Origin: Chlorokybus atmophyticus
Taxonomy: Eukaryota > Plantae > Mesostigma and Chlorokybus algae
Direction: 5' to 3'
Length of the DNA stretch: 10,533 bases
NCBI GenBank assembly: GCA_009103225.1
Contig: RHPI01000260.1
Span: 851,614-862,146, forward strand
Below are positions 9,719 through 10,533 of the stretch, piece after piece; position 1 is the stretch's first letter, and every line of letters starts with the position of its first letter. The notes below the pieces were generated by a model. It was not told the DNA's origin. It did no database searches and saw only the letters and a list, made by a program, of their open reading frames with translations. The translations under genes and the position numbers were made by a program.

Positions 9719-10481
9719 CTACTTCTTGCTGCCTCGACCACGCCCACCGCGCCCACCCCGCCCACCCCGGCTGCCCTTCCCACGGCCCCTCCCGCGCTGT
9801 GTGGTTGTGCCTTCCTTTGCTGGCTCCCTCACCTTGATACTCTTCAGCAACCCAACAGGCCAAAGTAGCAACAAACCCGGCTCGCACTCTGCGCATACAT
9901 CAACCACACATGAACTCAGCTGACTTGCACAATGTTGAAACTGTTCATGCAATCGCATGCACACAAACGCGTTCACCTTTCAAGTGGGTCACTTGCACTC
10001 CAACCCCATCACGCTTGAAGCTGATTGGCAGAGGCACAACCTCTTCTTCCCCTGGTCCGGGACGTCTGGTCCTAGTGATGGGAAGACTGCGGCTGAACTG
10101 GACCACCATGTTGCCGTCTCCAATCTTCTTGCCATGAAACTTGTTGACAGGATTGATGTCGCTTACGTGCGCCTCCCCTACTGGTTCTTTGCGCCCGTTA
10201 ATGAACAGTTGGACTTCACTGCCAACCTTCATCGTCGGTGCGGTGTCGTCCTTGTCGCTCAGCTCTTCCTGCGCATGCAAGTGACAAACACATCAAGAGG
10301 TACACACATACACAGATGTGATCTCTCATACAGCGCTTGCGAAGCGACCTGCCTTCTGCGAGTCGTTGTCGCTGTTGTTGGGGCTGTCCCCCTCGCTGTC
10401 CGGGGCGCTGTCCTTGGCGCCATCTTCACCGCTGTTCTCGCTTCTACATGTCTCAGGCATTTCTGAATACGTTGGCTCATC
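9719..10481 (-). CDS. 3' exons of an En/Spm TnpA/Tnp1-like (Transposase_23/DUF8039-like domain) protein with an acidic linker and RGG tail; 5' part outside the window
   Basis: Exons 10481-10353 (DEPTYSE...DNDSQK), 10268-9977 and 9888-9719, open and phase-compatible (84-nt GC-AG and 88-nt GT-AG introns). The spliced protein KVGSEVQLF...EPVGEAHV...KFHGKKIGDGNMVVQF...VPLP...THLK|ECEPGLLLLWPVGLL matches my recollection of the plant Tnp1-like pattern (L...VA.G.V...HG..L....V.V...LP.P...G..I.WP). It ends RGRGRGKGSRGGRGGRGGRGRGSKK*. Confidence 0.68.
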
Positions 10482-10533
10482 CTGCGCGACAAGGTGACAC
10501 GACGTGTTAACAAGCTTACAGCCGTCACGCAAC

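Larger units (their letters stand above)
8903..10533 (-). mobile_element. Putative CACTA/En-Spm (CMC superfamily)-like DNA transposon, 3' end; continues beyond the window
   Basis: Starts abruptly inside a host exon (CCGGTAATTCTGGACCCCCCGAATTCC...). A subterminal array of short motifs in both orientations follows, then a TnpA/Tnp1-like gene pointing at this end. This is the established layout of CACTA termini. The other end, the TIR and the TSD are not visible. Confidence 0.6.

Noticed and set aside
9957-10466. Plus-strand 169-aa ORF and other antisense ORFs overlapping modelled genes (e.g. 776-1126, 1769-1984, 5294-5566)
   Set aside because: They are shadows of the opposite-strand coding exons, with no independent motifs.

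Overview
Eukaryotic genomic DNA with short GT-AG introns, CA/TG-rich introns and TGTAA motifs; by inference most likely a green alga (Chlorophyta). All gene models were built by hand from splice sites and frame continuity. Left: an apparently intact six-exon minus-strand gene (409-2824, 539 aa) for a P-loop ATPase resembling the archaeal-ATPase/STAND type. Upstream of it is a long (AG)n tract containing an assembly N. Middle (about 3270-7500, all plus strand): decayed gene pieces. The best is an ankyrin-repeat + malonyl-CoA:ACP transacylase (FabD/MCAT) fusion pseudogene missing its catalytic core. There is also a separate FabD C-terminal fragment and two unidentified exon chains. Right: a diverged second copy of the ATPase 3' end (last two exons, shared intron, 3' UTR), cut off at about 8903. 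From there begins what looks like the end of a CACTA/En-Spm-like DNA transposon. It has a 630-bp array of paired inverted TATTCA-N13-TGAATA motifs and an open, spliced TnpA/Tnp1-like gene ending in an RGG tail, which runs off the window. No rRNA, tRNA or CRISPR array was found.
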